From an uncultured Alphaproteobacteria bacterium (GTDB lineage Bacteria; Pseudomonadota; Alphaproteobacteria; Rhizobiales; Xanthobacteraceae), in the NCBI GenBank assembly GCA_963840065.1, contig CAWIXF010000007.1, positions 23,955-87,954 of the forward strand: a DNA stretch of 64,000 nucleotides. The letters are read 5' to 3'. The notes under the pieces were generated by a model. It was not told the DNA's origin and did not search any database. It saw only the letters and a list, made by a program, of their open reading frames with translations. Below, in pieces: positions 1-9,514 of the stretch. Numbering within the stretch: position 1 is the stretch's first letter; each line of letters starts with the position of its first letter. Made by a program: the position numbers and the translations under genes.

Positions 1-762
1 ACCAGCGCGAACGGCACGCACTCGGCCACGGACGTCGGCGAGATAGGTGCCCTTCCATTTATTTTTGATGCGCACGAAGGATGAGTTCGGCACTTGCACG
101 AACGACCATTGCCCGCTGTCCCATTGCGGCTTCACACGCATCACTTCGATGGCGCCGCTATCTTCGCTGTTGAGCGCCTTCGTAGGCTCGTTGCCCGGGA
201 CAATATGGAACGCACCTTTGAGATCGAACTGCTCGACCGGGCTGACTTGCGGAAGATCATCGGCTGCGGCGGCGGCCTGCTGCGGCTGATCCGCGTCAGC
301 CGGCGGCGGCGGTTCGGCGGCCGCAGCCGCCGGAACTTGCGCTATCGGCTGTTGTTCGCCGGGCGCCGGCGGCGCCAACTGCGCCGACGAAGGGTCGCCG
401 ACATCGATCGTCTGTGCCTCGGTGGTGGCGGTGACGATGGAGACGCATTTCTCCCCGTCGTCAGTTATCAGCCAGGCAAATCCCGGATAGCTCGACTGCT
501 GGAAAATGTGTTGCGGCTCGACAATAGCGTAGAATTTGCGCTCGCCATTCTGGTCCAGCCAGTAAAGCCGCCGGCGTTCGCTTGAGGCGTTGCGAAACGA
601 CAGCGCGACCGCGGCATTGCCGGTTTGTGCCGATTTCACCGAACTTTCGTCGGTGCAACTCTGCGCGTTTGCAGCACCTGCGGCAAAGAGTGCGAACACG
701 AGGATGGCGCCGCCAAGCAAGGTTGCCGCCTGGCGTGCCGCGCGGCACGAAACTATCATCAT
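1..762 (-). CDS. Secreted protein: VHL beta-domain-like N-terminus, Pro/Ala/Gln linker, probable beta-trefoil (ricin-like) domain; runs off left edge
   Basis: Not in ORF track (no stop in window). Manual translation MMIVSCRAARQAATLLGGAILVFALFAAGAANAQ-SC...VALSFRNASSERRRLYWLDQNGERKFYAIVEPQHIFQQSSYPGFAWLI resembles the VHL beta-domain pattern (F.N.S...V...WL...G....Y..L.P......SY.GH.WL). Later WDSGQWSFVQVPNSSFVRIKNKWKGTYL. Confidence 0.65.
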   Translation of the reverse strand, partial: MMIVSCRAARQAATLLGGAILVFALFAAGAANAQSCTDESSVKSAQTGNAAVALSFRNASSERRRLYWLDQNGERKFYAIVEPQHIFQQSSYPGFAWLITDDGEKCVSIVTATTEAQTIDVGDPSSAQLAPPAPGEQQPIAQVPAAAAAEPPPPADADQPQQAAAAADDLPQVSPVEQFDLKGAFHIVPGNEPTKALNSEDSGAIEVMRVKPQWDSGQWSFVQVPNSSFVRIKNKWKGTYLADVRGRVRAVRAG

Positions 763-960
763 TATGAGATCCCTGATGCGTTTAGGCGGTTTGCTGCATA
801 AACGCCGTATAACCTTTGGGCTTTATTTGCGCAGATTGGAAGGGGACCGCTCGACGCAGCCCTGGAATGTCAGGTGAACGCCGCCAACCGGTTGCGATTG
901 GCCAGATATTACCGGCGAAATCAAAGCCGAAGCCGCACCGCCTCGTACTACGGCGGCGTG

Positions 961-976
961 TTAACCCCGCGCTAAC
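961..976 (+). promoter_or_regulatory. CtrA-box-like site upstream of flhA
   Basis: TTAA-ccccgcg-CTAAC, one mismatch to TTAA-N7-TTAAC, about 100 bp upstream of flhA. Confidence 0.65.
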
Positions 977-1072
977 CATAAACCCGGCAAATATTACCGG
1001 GGAAGGGTAGCCCCCCACCACGCACCGCCACTCGGGTACCGCTGCCCGGCCATCGTCCCTTTACCGGCAGGC

Positions 1073-3199
1073 ATGAGCGACACCACCGCCGCAACCGACG
1101 CTCCGAGGTCCACAAGCGCCATCCGGCTGCCCGGCTTGGGCGAGATCGGCGCCTTCGTGCGCGGCGGCGACATTGGGCTCGCCATCGGCGTGCTCACCAT
1201 CTTGGTGGTACTGATCCTGCCGCTGCCGCCGCTGCTGCTTGATTTTGCGCTCGCCATCTCGATCATTTTCTCGGTGCTGATCCTGATGACGTCACTGTTT
1301 ATTCACGCGCCCCTCGAGTTCTCCGCCTTCCCGACCGTGCTGCTGATCTCGACCATGCTGCGGCTGTCGCTCAACCTCGCCTCCACGCGCCTGATCCTGT
1401 CCCGCGGTCATGAAGGCACCGACGCCGCCGGCCACGTCATCCAGGCCTTCGGCAACTTCGTGATGAGCGGCAATTTCGTCATCGGCATCATCGTGTTCAT
1501 CATCCTGGTGATCGTGAATTTCGTGGTGATCACCAAAGGCTCAGGCCGCATCGCGGAAGTCGCCGCCCGCTTCCACCTGGACGCCATGCCGGGCAAGCAG
1601 ATGGCGATCGACGCCGACCTCTCCGCCGGCATGATCGACGAGAACGAAGCGCGACGCCGCCGCCAGGAACTCGAGGACGAAGGCGGCTTCTTCGGCGCCA
1701 TGGACGGCGCCTCCAAATTCGTGCGTGGCGACGCCGTGGCGGGCCTTCTGGTCGTGTTCATCAACGTCATCGGCGGCATGATCATCGGCATCGCGCAACA
1801 GGGCCTGAGCTTTGCCGAGGCCGCGCATTCCTACACGATCCTCACCGTCGGCGACGGCCTCGTGACGCAAATCCCGGCGCTGATCGTCTCGACTGCCGCA
1901 GGCCTGCTGGTCTCGAAAGCCGGAATTTCCGGCGCCGCGCACAAGGCGCTGCTCGGCCAGCTTTCCGGCTATCCGAAGGCGCTCGGCATGTCGGGTGGCG
2001 TGATGTTGGTAATGGCGCTGCTGCCCGGCATTCCGATGATCCCCTTCCTCGCGCTCGGCGGTGGTGCCACCGCGCTCGCCTTCATCATCGACAAGCGCCA
2101 AAAGCTCGTCGTCTCGACCGAAGCCAAAAAGGTGGACGACGCCGCCAAGACCGAGGCCGCCGAGGAGCCGATCGCGACGGCGCTGCGCATGGACGACCTC
2201 AAGGTCGAGCTCGGCTATGCGCTGCTGCCGCTGGTCAATTCACCCGAAGGCGGCGACCGTCTCACCGAGCAGATCAAGGCGCTGCGCCGCTCGCTCGCCA
2301 GCGAAATGGGCTTCGTCATGCCGGCCGTGCGGCTGCTCGACAACGTGCAACTCGACGCCAACACCTATTGCATCAAGATCAAGGAAGTGGACGCCGGCAC
2401 CGGCAGACTGTGGGCCAACCAGTACATGGTCATGGACCCGGCCGGCGGTCAGGTGAACCTGCCGGGCACGCACACTACCGAGCCGACATTTGGCTTGCCG
2501 GCAACCTGGGTCGATGCGTCGCTGAAGGAAGACGCGGCGATGAAGGGCCTGACCGTCGTCGATGCCGCGACCGTTCTCTCGACGCACCTCACCGAGCTGC
2601 TCAAGGCCAACATGGCGGAGCTGTTGGGCTACGCCGAGGTGCAGAAGCTCATCAAGGACCTGCCCAAGGAGCAGAGCGAGATCGTCAAGGACCTGGTGCC
2701 GGCGCTCATCACGATTTCCGGCATCCAGCGCGTGCTGCAGACCCTGCTCGCCGAGCGCGTTTCCATCCGCGATCTCGCCACCATCCTGGAAGGCATCGCC
2801 GAAGGCGTGTCGGCCACGCGCAATCCGATGCTGCTGGCCGAGCATGTGCGCTCGCGTCTGGCGCGCCAGATCTGTGCGCAACACACAAGCCCCGGCGGCT
2901 ATCTGCCGCTGATCCCGCTCACGGCGCAGTGGGAGCAGGCTTTCGCGGAATCGATGGTCGGCCAAGGCGACGAGCGCCAGCTCGCCATGCAACCGTCCAA
3001 GTTGTCCGAGTTCATCACTTCGGTGCGCGAGAAGTTCGAGGCGGCGGCGCGCGAGGGCGAAGCGCCGGTGCTGGTCACGTCCGCTGGCATCCGCCCCTTC
3101 GTGCGCGGCATCGTCGAGCGCTTCCGCGCGCAGACGCCGGTCCTGTCGCAGAGCGAGATTCACCCGCGCGCGAGGCTGAAGACGGTGGGAAGTATTTAG
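1073..3199 (+). CDS. flhA: Flagellar export gate protein FlhA
   Basis: 708 aa; FHIPEP motifs RIAEVAARFHLDAMPGKQMAIDADL, GAMDGASKFVRGDA, TVGDGLVTQIPAL. Confidence 0.98.
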   Translation: MSDTTAATDAPRSTSAIRLPGLGEIGAFVRGGDIGLAIGVLTILVVLILPLPPLLLDFALAISIIFSVLILMTSLFIHAPLEFSAFPTVLLISTMLRLSLNLASTRLILSRGHEGTDAAGHVIQAFGNFVMSGNFVIGIIVFIILVIVNFVVITKGSGRIAEVAARFHLDAMPGKQMAIDADLSAGMIDENEARRRRQELEDEGGFFGAMDGASKFVRGDAVAGLLVVFINVIGGMIIGIAQQGLSFAEAAHSYTILTVGDGLVTQIPALIVSTAAGLLVSKAGISGAAHKALLGQLSGYPKALGMSGGVMLVMALLPGIPMIPFLALGGGATALAFIIDKRQKLVVSTEAKKVDDAAKTEAAEEPIATALRMDDLKVELGYALLPLVNSPEGGDRLTEQIKALRRSLASEMGFVMPAVRLLDNVQLDANTYCIKIKEVDAGTGRLWANQYMVMDPAGGQVNLPGTHTTEPTFGLPATWVDASLKEDAAMKGLTVVDAATVLSTHLTELLKANMAELLGYAEVQKLIKDLPKEQSEIVKDLVPALITISGIQRVLQTLLAERVSIRDLATILEGIAEGVSATRNPMLLAEHVRSRLARQICAQHTSPGGYLPLIPLTAQWEQAFAESMVGQGDERQLAMQPSKLSEFITSVREKFEAAAREGEAPVLVTSAGIRPFVRGIVERFRAQTPVLSQSEIHPRARLKTVGSI

Positions 3200-3391
3200 A
3201 CGCCGCAAACAGCGATCACGACCGCCAACCTAACGCTCACTAGTCGCCGCCAGCGCGCTCGGTTTCAGCTTCGGCAAGTCCGCGTAAAATGCGTTTCTCA
3301 TAAACTCAGATTCTTTATCACTTTGCCGTAAGCGGCAATCGCTTTCGGCGTCCCCACGTCAATTTCGCCGACCACAGGAACGGTCGGCTTT

Positions 3392-4259
3392 TCAGATGAC
3401 ACTTACGCCGTAGGCTTCCGTGAAGGCCGCCGCAGCATATGCGTTCGAGGCGTATCCGAAACCTTTGTCACCCCACAGTTCGGTGCCCCAACTATTGCGG
3501 ACGATGAACATTTTGGGATCATAGCCGACAAAAGCGACGGCGTGGCCACCTCTCGCCGACATCGGATCGTAGCTCGCAAGCACGCCGCCCGTGCTCTTCG
3601 CGTTCATCCAGGTATTATCGCAATCGAGCCGCGTCAGGACCGGGCCTTGCGTTGCGAGCCATCGTCGCCAAGTCGTCAGGTCGCGGCCGAGAACTCACAT
3701 ACCTTGCAATCTTGCGCTCGGCTGCGAGCACGTAGAATGCTTGTGCTTCGCCCGCATAAAGCGTCGGCGGCTCGAACGACAGCACATCATCGGTAACCGA
3801 TCCGTAATTGCGGGCGATGTCGAGCGCGCTCTTAAGGCTGGTACCGTCCAATTCGATAAACGTCGTCGGCTGGGTGGTGAATTCATCCATCTCTTTCGAC
3901 GCCATCCAGATAAATCGCGGCGACAAACGTTCGGAGGTGCGCAACCGCCCGGCTTTCACAAAATGCCAACGCAGTACCGAGTCGGCCGACGCCCAACCGA
4001 CACAGGAACCGGTTTCGCCTTAGTCGCCGATGTTCCACCACGGCTCCCGTAGGTCCTTGGATTGTGGCAGCGGTGCGGCCCGCAGGACGCCGGCAGCCAG
4101 AGCATGTTCGTAGGTCCAGTCTTTCTCGGTCTCTCGTGAAGGGATGCAATTGAGGATGCGCGTAACGGCCGCGCGAGTCCGTGCTTTGCGCACGGCCTTC
4201 TTGCCCCTCGCCAGCTTTCGCCCGGCGTACCGACGCTTGCGTCGAGACCCCTTCGCCAT
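3392..4259 (-). pseudogene. Papain-family (C1A) cysteine protease, interrupted by a TAA at 4020-4022 and a frameshift near 3695
   Basis: Three pieces join: DLREPWWNIGD*GETGSCVGWA (catalytic Cys; the stop sits at the oxyanion Gln of DQG..GSC), a middle ORF, then in a shifted frame LGRDLTTWRRWLATQGPVLTRLDCDNTWMN...GGHAVAFVGYD...FIVRNSWG..WGDKGFGY. Confidence 0.88.
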
Positions 4260-4411
4260 CGCCGCCTCCCGTGAGGAGATACGACTATAGAGTGTAATTT
4301 ATTTTATTACAATTATTAGTATAAATACGCCGCGACCCCGCAATCGCTGGCTGCCGCAGCCCCTCAGTTCGCATTCAAAGGATAACGAGACGCGTGTCGA
4401 AGCCGGCGTCC

Positions 4412-5866
4412 CTACTCCGCCGCTTCCACCGGCACCTCGGGCACGGTCGGCACCTCGGACCCCGGTCCATTCGCCGCTTCAAGGATAGCCGCGCGCCACT
4501 CGCGCTTGACCGGCATAATCGGCGGCATGGGCCCGGTTTGCGGCGGTTTCGTCGGGGGCGCAATCGAATCGATGCTCACGGCTTGGGCGCCCTTGCGCAT
4601 AAAGACATTATAGATTGTCCATTGCGCGCGGCGGCGCCCGCCCCGAACCGGAAACCGGCGAGCGATCGATGGCGCCGAATAAAATGATTGATAAGCGGCT
4701 TTGCCGCCGACGCGCAGCTCATCTCCCGACATCCGGGCCGGTTGATAAACGACGTGAGCCTGGTCGTACATGGTCCAGTCGAAGGACCGAATGCGGTTCG
4801 CCTTCTTCATCTCATACCAGGTCAGCGTGCCCGGATAGGGCGTAAGGGTCGAGTAGGCGCAAGCGTCATAGTCGGCGGCGATATTGAAGTTGACGGTGTC
4901 TTCGAACACCGAACCATCGTCGCCGTCGAAACCGAACATGAACAGTCCGAAAACCATGATTCCGTAGGAGTGAATTTTTTCCACAAGAGCGGCGAACTGT
5001 TCCGGACGATTGACGTGCTTGTGTACGCTTTTCAACGTCTCGCGCGAAATCAATTCAAAGCCGATGCTCAGCATCGTGCAGCCGCTTGCGGCCGCGAGTT
5101 CGAGCATGCGATCGTCTTGCGCCAGCTTCGAGGTCACGCCCGCTTGCCATTGAATATTGCGCCCAATGAGCGCACGCATGACTTCCTTTGGACGCTCGGG
5201 CGTGCCGAAAAAGTCCGCGTCGTTGATAGAAATTGTGCGTGACCCGCAAAGCTCGATCTCGCGGATTACTTCATCCACCGGCCGGTAGCGGAATTTGAGG
5301 CCGTTCATAAGCGGCTCGGCACAGAACGTGCACCCTTGATGACAGCCGCGGGAGGTCTGAACAAACGTGGTGTTGACGTAACGGTTCTTTTTCAGGAGAT
5401 CGTACCGAGGCATCGGCACGCCGGACATCGGATGTAATTTGTCCGATCTATAAATTCCGCGAAGATTGCCGTGCTTAAGATCGTCAAGCAGTTTGTCGAT
5501 CACCAATTCGACTTCGCCGATGACAACGGCATCGCAATGCTCGAGCGCCTCCTGCGGCATGAAGCTTGCGTGAACTCCCCCCATAATGACGGGCACGCCT
5601 TTTGCGCGGAACCGGTCGGCAATTTCATAGCCGCGATTGACATAACTCGTCATCGCGGAAATGCCGACCAGATCGGCCTCTAAATCGAAATCGACTTCTT
5701 CTATGTTTTCGTCCGTAAGAACGACCTCATACCGATCGCGCGGGATTGCGGCAGCGACCGCCAGAAGCCCCGCGAGGGGAGAGTAGAGCGCCCGATTAAA
5801 ATAAAGAGGGCGCGTCGTCAGCGAGTCCGTCTTGGGATTGATGAGGTGAACGACATGCGAGCGCAC
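4412..5866 (-). CDS. B12-binding radical SAM protein (class B methyltransferase-like)
   Basis: SRGCHQGCTFC (CxxxCxxC); N-terminal cobalamin-binding region (DLVGISAMT...GGVHASF); GTG start at 5866 behind GGAGG. Confidence 0.9.
   Translation of the reverse strand: MRSHVVHLINPKTDSLTTRPLYFNRALYSPLAGLLAVAAAIPRDRYEVVLTDENIEEVDFDLEADLVGISAMTSYVNRGYEIADRFRAKGVPVIMGGVHASFMPQEALEHCDAVVIGEVELVIDKLLDDLKHGNLRGIYRSDKLHPMSGVPMPRYDLLKKNRYVNTTFVQTSRGCHQGCTFCAEPLMNGLKFRYRPVDEVIREIELCGSRTISINDADFFGTPERPKEVMRALIGRNIQWQAGVTSKLAQDDRMLELAAASGCTMLSIGFELISRETLKSVHKHVNRPEQFAALVEKIHSYGIMVFGLFMFGFDGDDGSVFEDTVNFNIAADYDACAYSTLTPYPGTLTWYEMKKANRIRSFDWTMYDQAHVVYQPARMSGDELRVGGKAAYQSFYSAPSIARRFPVRGGRRRAQWTIYNVFMRKGAQAVSIDSIAPPTKPPQTGPMPPIMPVKREWRAAILEAANGPGSEVPTVPEVPVEAAE
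4413..4445. repeat. 33-bp exact direct repeat; second copy at 6206-6238. Encodes the shared C-terminal tail VPEVPVEAAE*
   Basis: tactccgccgcttccaccggcacctcgggcacg at both sites; similarity extends about 12 bp further with 2 mismatches. Confidence 0.95.
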
Positions 5867-6204
5867 GAGACCCTCCAATATCTTGTGGTGGCCGCGAAGT
5901 GGAACAACCGAGCCACAAGGTTAGTTCCTGCATCGGTCCGAAGTCTATGGGGCCAATAGTCTCAATCGTCTCGCCGCAAAGACCGCGGCCAAGCTTACTA
6001 AGCCTTTTCGATCGCCTGTAAATCAGCGGTGAGCCGCTTCGCAGCCACATACGGACCGAATTTTTTTCAAGAACCCGACCAGGCGGCGGTGTGACCGCCG
6101 GCATGCAATCGCCAAAGCGAGAACGCGCGACCGAACGGCGCTTTGCGGCAGTATTTGGGGACAATGATCGCCGCAAGGCGGTCTTTCTATTCGCGGAGCG
6201 CGTC

Positions 6205-8052
6205 TTACTCCGCCGCTTCCACCGGCACCTCGGGCACGATCGGCGCCTCGTCGTGGCCCGTCCTGGCGCGGATGGCGTCGTCGCGGTGTTTGCGCTTGAG
6301 AGCCGCCTCGCCGCCCGTTGTCGCATGATAAAGATCGAGCGCGTCGAATTCGTCGGCCTTGGGCGGTGCAATCGCCAAATCGGAATAAGTCCACCGGTCG
6401 GGCGCCTTCAACGCGGCGTCGAGCATCGCCTTACATTGCCGGTAGACCTTGAGATAGCGCCAGGCCTTGATCGCCGTGCCACCCCAGTAACGCGGGTAGA
6501 AGACGAGCGGGTTCTCCAGCTTCATGCCGCGGCGCCGGTCGCGGCGCGATTTCAGCCGCAGCGCGCCGCCTTCGAGCGGATGCACGCCCTCGAACAGGAT
6601 CATCAGATAAAACCAGAGAATGGTCGACAGCGTGGTGCCGGGGCGGAGGTTTTCCGCAGCGCAGGTGCGGCGCAGGATCGTGTTGATGTGTTCGGGCGTA
6701 TAGAACGCGGCCCAGGCCGCCCGATAGGCCTCCTCCCAGTCGGCGTCCGACATCGCGCCGGAATGATGCGAGACGCGGTGGTTGAGGTCGTATTTGTTCA
6801 TGTCGGGATCCATCCAGATCCCTTTGCTCGAGAGAACCTTGTGGTCCTCTGAGCCCGGCAGCGGCGTCAGGAAGAAGAATTCGAGAATGTCGATCGGCAG
6901 TTCGCGCTTGATGATCTCGATGTCGCGCAGAATCGACTCTTTGGTGTCGGCGGGAAAGCCGAGGATGTAGCCCGCGTAAGTGATGGCGCCGTGGTTGCGC
7001 CACATCTGCAGCATCTCGCGATATTCGGTGATCTTGTTCTGCCGCTTCTTGGCGGCGATCAGATTGTCCGGGTTGATGTTTTCCAGTCCGATGAACACGC
7101 GCCGCACGCCCGCGCGCGTCGCTTTCTCGATAAAGTGCGGGATCTTGTGGCAGAGCGTATCGACCTGGATCGTGAAGCCGATATTCATGCCTTCGCCTTC
7201 GCGCATTTGAATCATGCGGTCGAACAGCGGCTCCCAGTCCTTGTTGCGGGCGAAATTATCGTCGGTGATGAAAAAGCGCTTGATGCCCTGCGCGAAGTTC
7301 TCGCGCACGATGTGCTCAAGATCGTCGGCCGAGCGGATGCGGCTTTTGCGTCCCTGCACATTGATAATGGTGCAGAACGAACACTGGTAGGGGCAGCCGC
7401 GGCCGAGGTCGATCGAGGACAACGAGCCTGACGTGCGCACAACGTGCTGGCTCGGCAGAAACGGCGGCGGCTCGCCGGCAAGCTGCGGCAGGTCGTTCAT
7501 GTAGTTGTAGAGCGGCTGAAGCTTGCCCTCGTAGGCGTCGCGCAGCACGCCGTCGAGCCGGAACTCCTCGGCTTCGCCAGCGAAGAACGAAATGCCCATC
7601 GCTTGGGCTGCCTTGATGTCGTCCGGCAGTTCCGGAAGCATGGCGATGCAGCCGGAGACGTGGAAGCCGCCGATGCACACCGCCAGCCCGGCATCGAGAA
7701 ACGGCCGCGCCAGGTCGACCGCGCGCGGAAACTGGTTCGACTGCACGCCGACGAGGCCGATCAGTGCGCGGCCGCCCTCGCGGCGGATCGTCTTGATGAT
7801 CTTGTCGGGCCGCACGCGGCGGTTGGTTTCATCGTAAGTATGCAGGCGGATTTCGACGCCGGAGCCGAGCACCTCCCGCCGGCGCGCGTCCATCGCCAGC
7901 GCGTTCAGACAGGCGAGCGTGTTGGAAGGAATCGCCGAGCGCAGCCACTGAATCGGATAGCCGTCGTCGTCATAATGAGTCGGCTTGATCATCACGAAGT
8001 GGAAGAGCTCGGACCCGGGCCCGTGCCTGGCCTCGCCTGCGACAATCGACAT
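6205..8052 (-). CDS. B12-binding radical SAM protein
   Basis: GRGCPYQCSFC motif; GVQSNQFPRA and GGFHVSG cobalamin-domain motifs; FITDDNF, IGLENI. Confidence 0.92.
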   Translation of the reverse strand: MSIVAGEARHGPGSELFHFVMIKPTHYDDDGYPIQWLRSAIPSNTLACLNALAMDARRREVLGSGVEIRLHTYDETNRRVRPDKIIKTIRREGGRALIGLVGVQSNQFPRAVDLARPFLDAGLAVCIGGFHVSGCIAMLPELPDDIKAAQAMGISFFAGEAEEFRLDGVLRDAYEGKLQPLYNYMNDLPQLAGEPPPFLPSQHVVRTSGSLSSIDLGRGCPYQCSFCTIINVQGRKSRIRSADDLEHIVRENFAQGIKRFFITDDNFARNKDWEPLFDRMIQMREGEGMNIGFTIQVDTLCHKIPHFIEKATRAGVRRVFIGLENINPDNLIAAKKRQNKITEYREMLQMWRNHGAITYAGYILGFPADTKESILRDIEIIKRELPIDILEFFFLTPLPGSEDHKVLSSKGIWMDPDMNKYDLNHRVSHHSGAMSDADWEEAYRAAWAAFYTPEHINTILRRTCAAENLRPGTTLSTILWFYLMILFEGVHPLEGGALRLKSRRDRRRGMKLENPLVFYPRYWGGTAIKAWRYLKVYRQCKAMLDAALKAPDRWTYSDLAIAPPKADEFDALDLYHATTGGEAALKRKHRDDAIRARTGHDEAPIVPEVPVEAAE

Positions 8053-8301
8053 TGCGCGTTAACCTTTCACGAGGCTCGTTGAACGAAGCCGGCCGCCGCC
8101 TTCAAAGGCGCCGCCAAACGGTCATTGCGGCGGTGGCCAGTAATACCACTGATTTTGTTGAAGTTTCGCAGCATTTTGCTGCGTCCGAAAGCACAAATTT
8201 GCAACAAAATGCCGCGGCGGCCTCTAAAAAACAGTCCCCTGCATCCCCATATAGTGTTGGCAAGCCAGCATTAATTTGGATTGGAGCTATTGGAGACGAT
8301 C

Positions 8302-8565
8302 ATGACTACATTCAATTATAGCGCGCCCGCGGAGCTGTTTCCCTCACGCAACCGCAAGGTCGTGAGCAAGATCAAATATCGCCGTTTCGACAAAGCCGCC
8401 GACGCTATTCGCTTCGCGATCGAGGAATTGCCTGAAGGGCTCCTGCTCGGCGCCTATATTCAGATCGACGATAATCGGCTCGGCCATCAGGACATCCGCA
8501 CGCTTTACGAGAGCGACCGCTATCCGCTGAGGAAGCCGAAGCAGGCCAAGAGCCAAGCCGCCTGA
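8302..8565 (+). CDS. Small hypothetical protein of a type common in rhizobia
   Basis: ATG at 8302 behind GGAG; MTTFNYSAPAELFPSR...YRRFDKAADAIRFAIEELP. Confidence 0.75.
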   Translation: MTTFNYSAPAELFPSRNRKVVSKIKYRRFDKAADAIRFAIEELPEGLLLGAYIQIDDNRLGHQDIRTLYESDRYPLRKPKQAKSQAA

Positions 8566-8570
8566 AGATA

Positions 8571-8599
8571 TTGACGGAATCCAGCGAAACGCTTATGTA
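8571..8599 (+). promoter_or_regulatory. Putative sigma70 promoter of the cold-shock gene
   Basis: TTGACG-N17-TATGTA; implies a 5' UTR of about 155 nt, typical of csp genes. Confidence 0.5.
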
Positions 8600-8761
8600 A
8601 GCGGCGTTGAAAACCCAGGTTTGCGGTTTTGCCTTGTTGCGCTGCCCAGTTTCGGGCGCTTATCAAGTCACCCCCCAAAACTCGGATGTTTCGATCGCAC
8701 GGGACGACAACCGCCCGGGCGCATCACAACTTAAGCAGCGTTAAACGCAAGGAAATCTGAC

Positions 8762-8965
8762 ATGGCTACAGGTACAGTGAAGTTCTTCAACAACCAGAAG
8801 GGCTTCGGTTTCATCACCCCGGCCGATGGCTCGCGCGACGTGTTCGTGCACATCAGCGCGGTCGAGCGCGCCGGCATGAGCACCCTCAACGAGGGCCAGC
8901 GCGTGACCTATGACGTGGTGACGGAACGCGGCAAGCAGGCTGCCAGCAATCTGCAAAACGCCTGA
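8762..8965 (+). CDS. cspA: Cold-shock protein (CSD)
   Basis: GTVKFFNNQKGFGFI (RNP1), DVFVHISAV (RNP2). Confidence 0.97.
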   Translation: MATGTVKFFNNQKGFGFITPADGSRDVFVHISAVERAGMSTLNEGQRVTYDVVTERGKQAASNLQNA

Positions 8966-8989
8966 GCGCACGACGCTCGGTCGACCAGG

Positions 8990-9016
8990 CGCCCGGCCAA
9001 ACAAGCCGGGCGTTTT
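8990..9016 (+). terminator. Intrinsic terminator after cspA
   Basis: cgcccggc-caaacaa-gccgggcg-tttt. Confidence 0.8.
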
Positions 9017-9075
9017 GCTGTATACCTCGTGAGCACGCTCCGCTGCTTCGCTCAACGACAGAAAGCGAGCCCATC

Positions 9076-9267
9076 ATGCACAAATACGCAACTGGTCAGG
9101 ACGTCTATTACAGTCCCGCATTCGGCAACAACGCTGCGCGCGGCAAATACAAGATTGTGCGCACGCTGCCGATCGAGGCCGACAATCGGTTGGCCTACCG
9201 GATCAAAAGCATAGCGGAAACGTTTGAGCGCACCGCCGAAGAGCACCAGCTCTCGCGTAGCGAATGA
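9076..9267 (+). CDS. Small hypothetical protein
   Basis: 63 aa MHKYATGQDVYY...YRIKSIAETFERTAEEHQLSR; pattern recalled from rhizobial small proteins. Confidence 0.75.
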   Translation: MHKYATGQDVYYSPAFGNNAARGKYKIVRTLPIEADNRLAYRIKSIAETFERTAEEHQLSRSE

Positions 9268-9418
9268 GTCGCGGCCCCTAGTCCTCCTCGCGCAGGCCCG
9301 GCGTACCGCCTTCGCCGAGGCCGCCGACTGGAATCGGAACGGCCACGCGGAATAGGCCCGGTTATTTGCTCACGTCCTCGTGAGTTCCGCCTCTTCAAGG
9401 CTTCGTGAGGCCCCCTGG

Positions 9419-9444
9419 GGAACAAGAACCGCCTTCCCCACGTT
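9419..9444 (+). promoter_or_regulatory. EcfG/sigmaT (general stress response) promoter
   Basis: GGAAC-N17-CGTT, an exact match to the alphaproteobacterial GSR sigma consensus, 70 bp upstream of the 9515 ORF. Confidence 0.75.
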
Positions 9445-9514
9445 ATTCCCCGAACAAGAGATGAACCTATCGCGAGGTCGGCCCGACTAACGGAATGACC
9501 TTGGAGGACGTGCC

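Noticed and set aside
2240-3208. Long antisense or alternative-frame ORFs (also 18207-19868, 21936-23309, 34201-35868, 37106-38308, 55846-56829)
   Set aside because: Shadow ORFs of well-supported genes in high-GC DNA; no motifs or RBS support
4020-4022. Possible recoding or read-through of the in-frame stop in the C1A protease
   Set aside because: The codon is TAA (not the Sec or Pyl codon), it replaces a Gln, and a second frameshift lesion exists downstream
4412-8052. Assigning the radical SAM genes to hopanoid methylases (hpnP/hpnR), hpnJ or bchE
   Set aside because: Only family-level motifs are recognisable; no hopanoid or bacteriochlorophyll genes nearby
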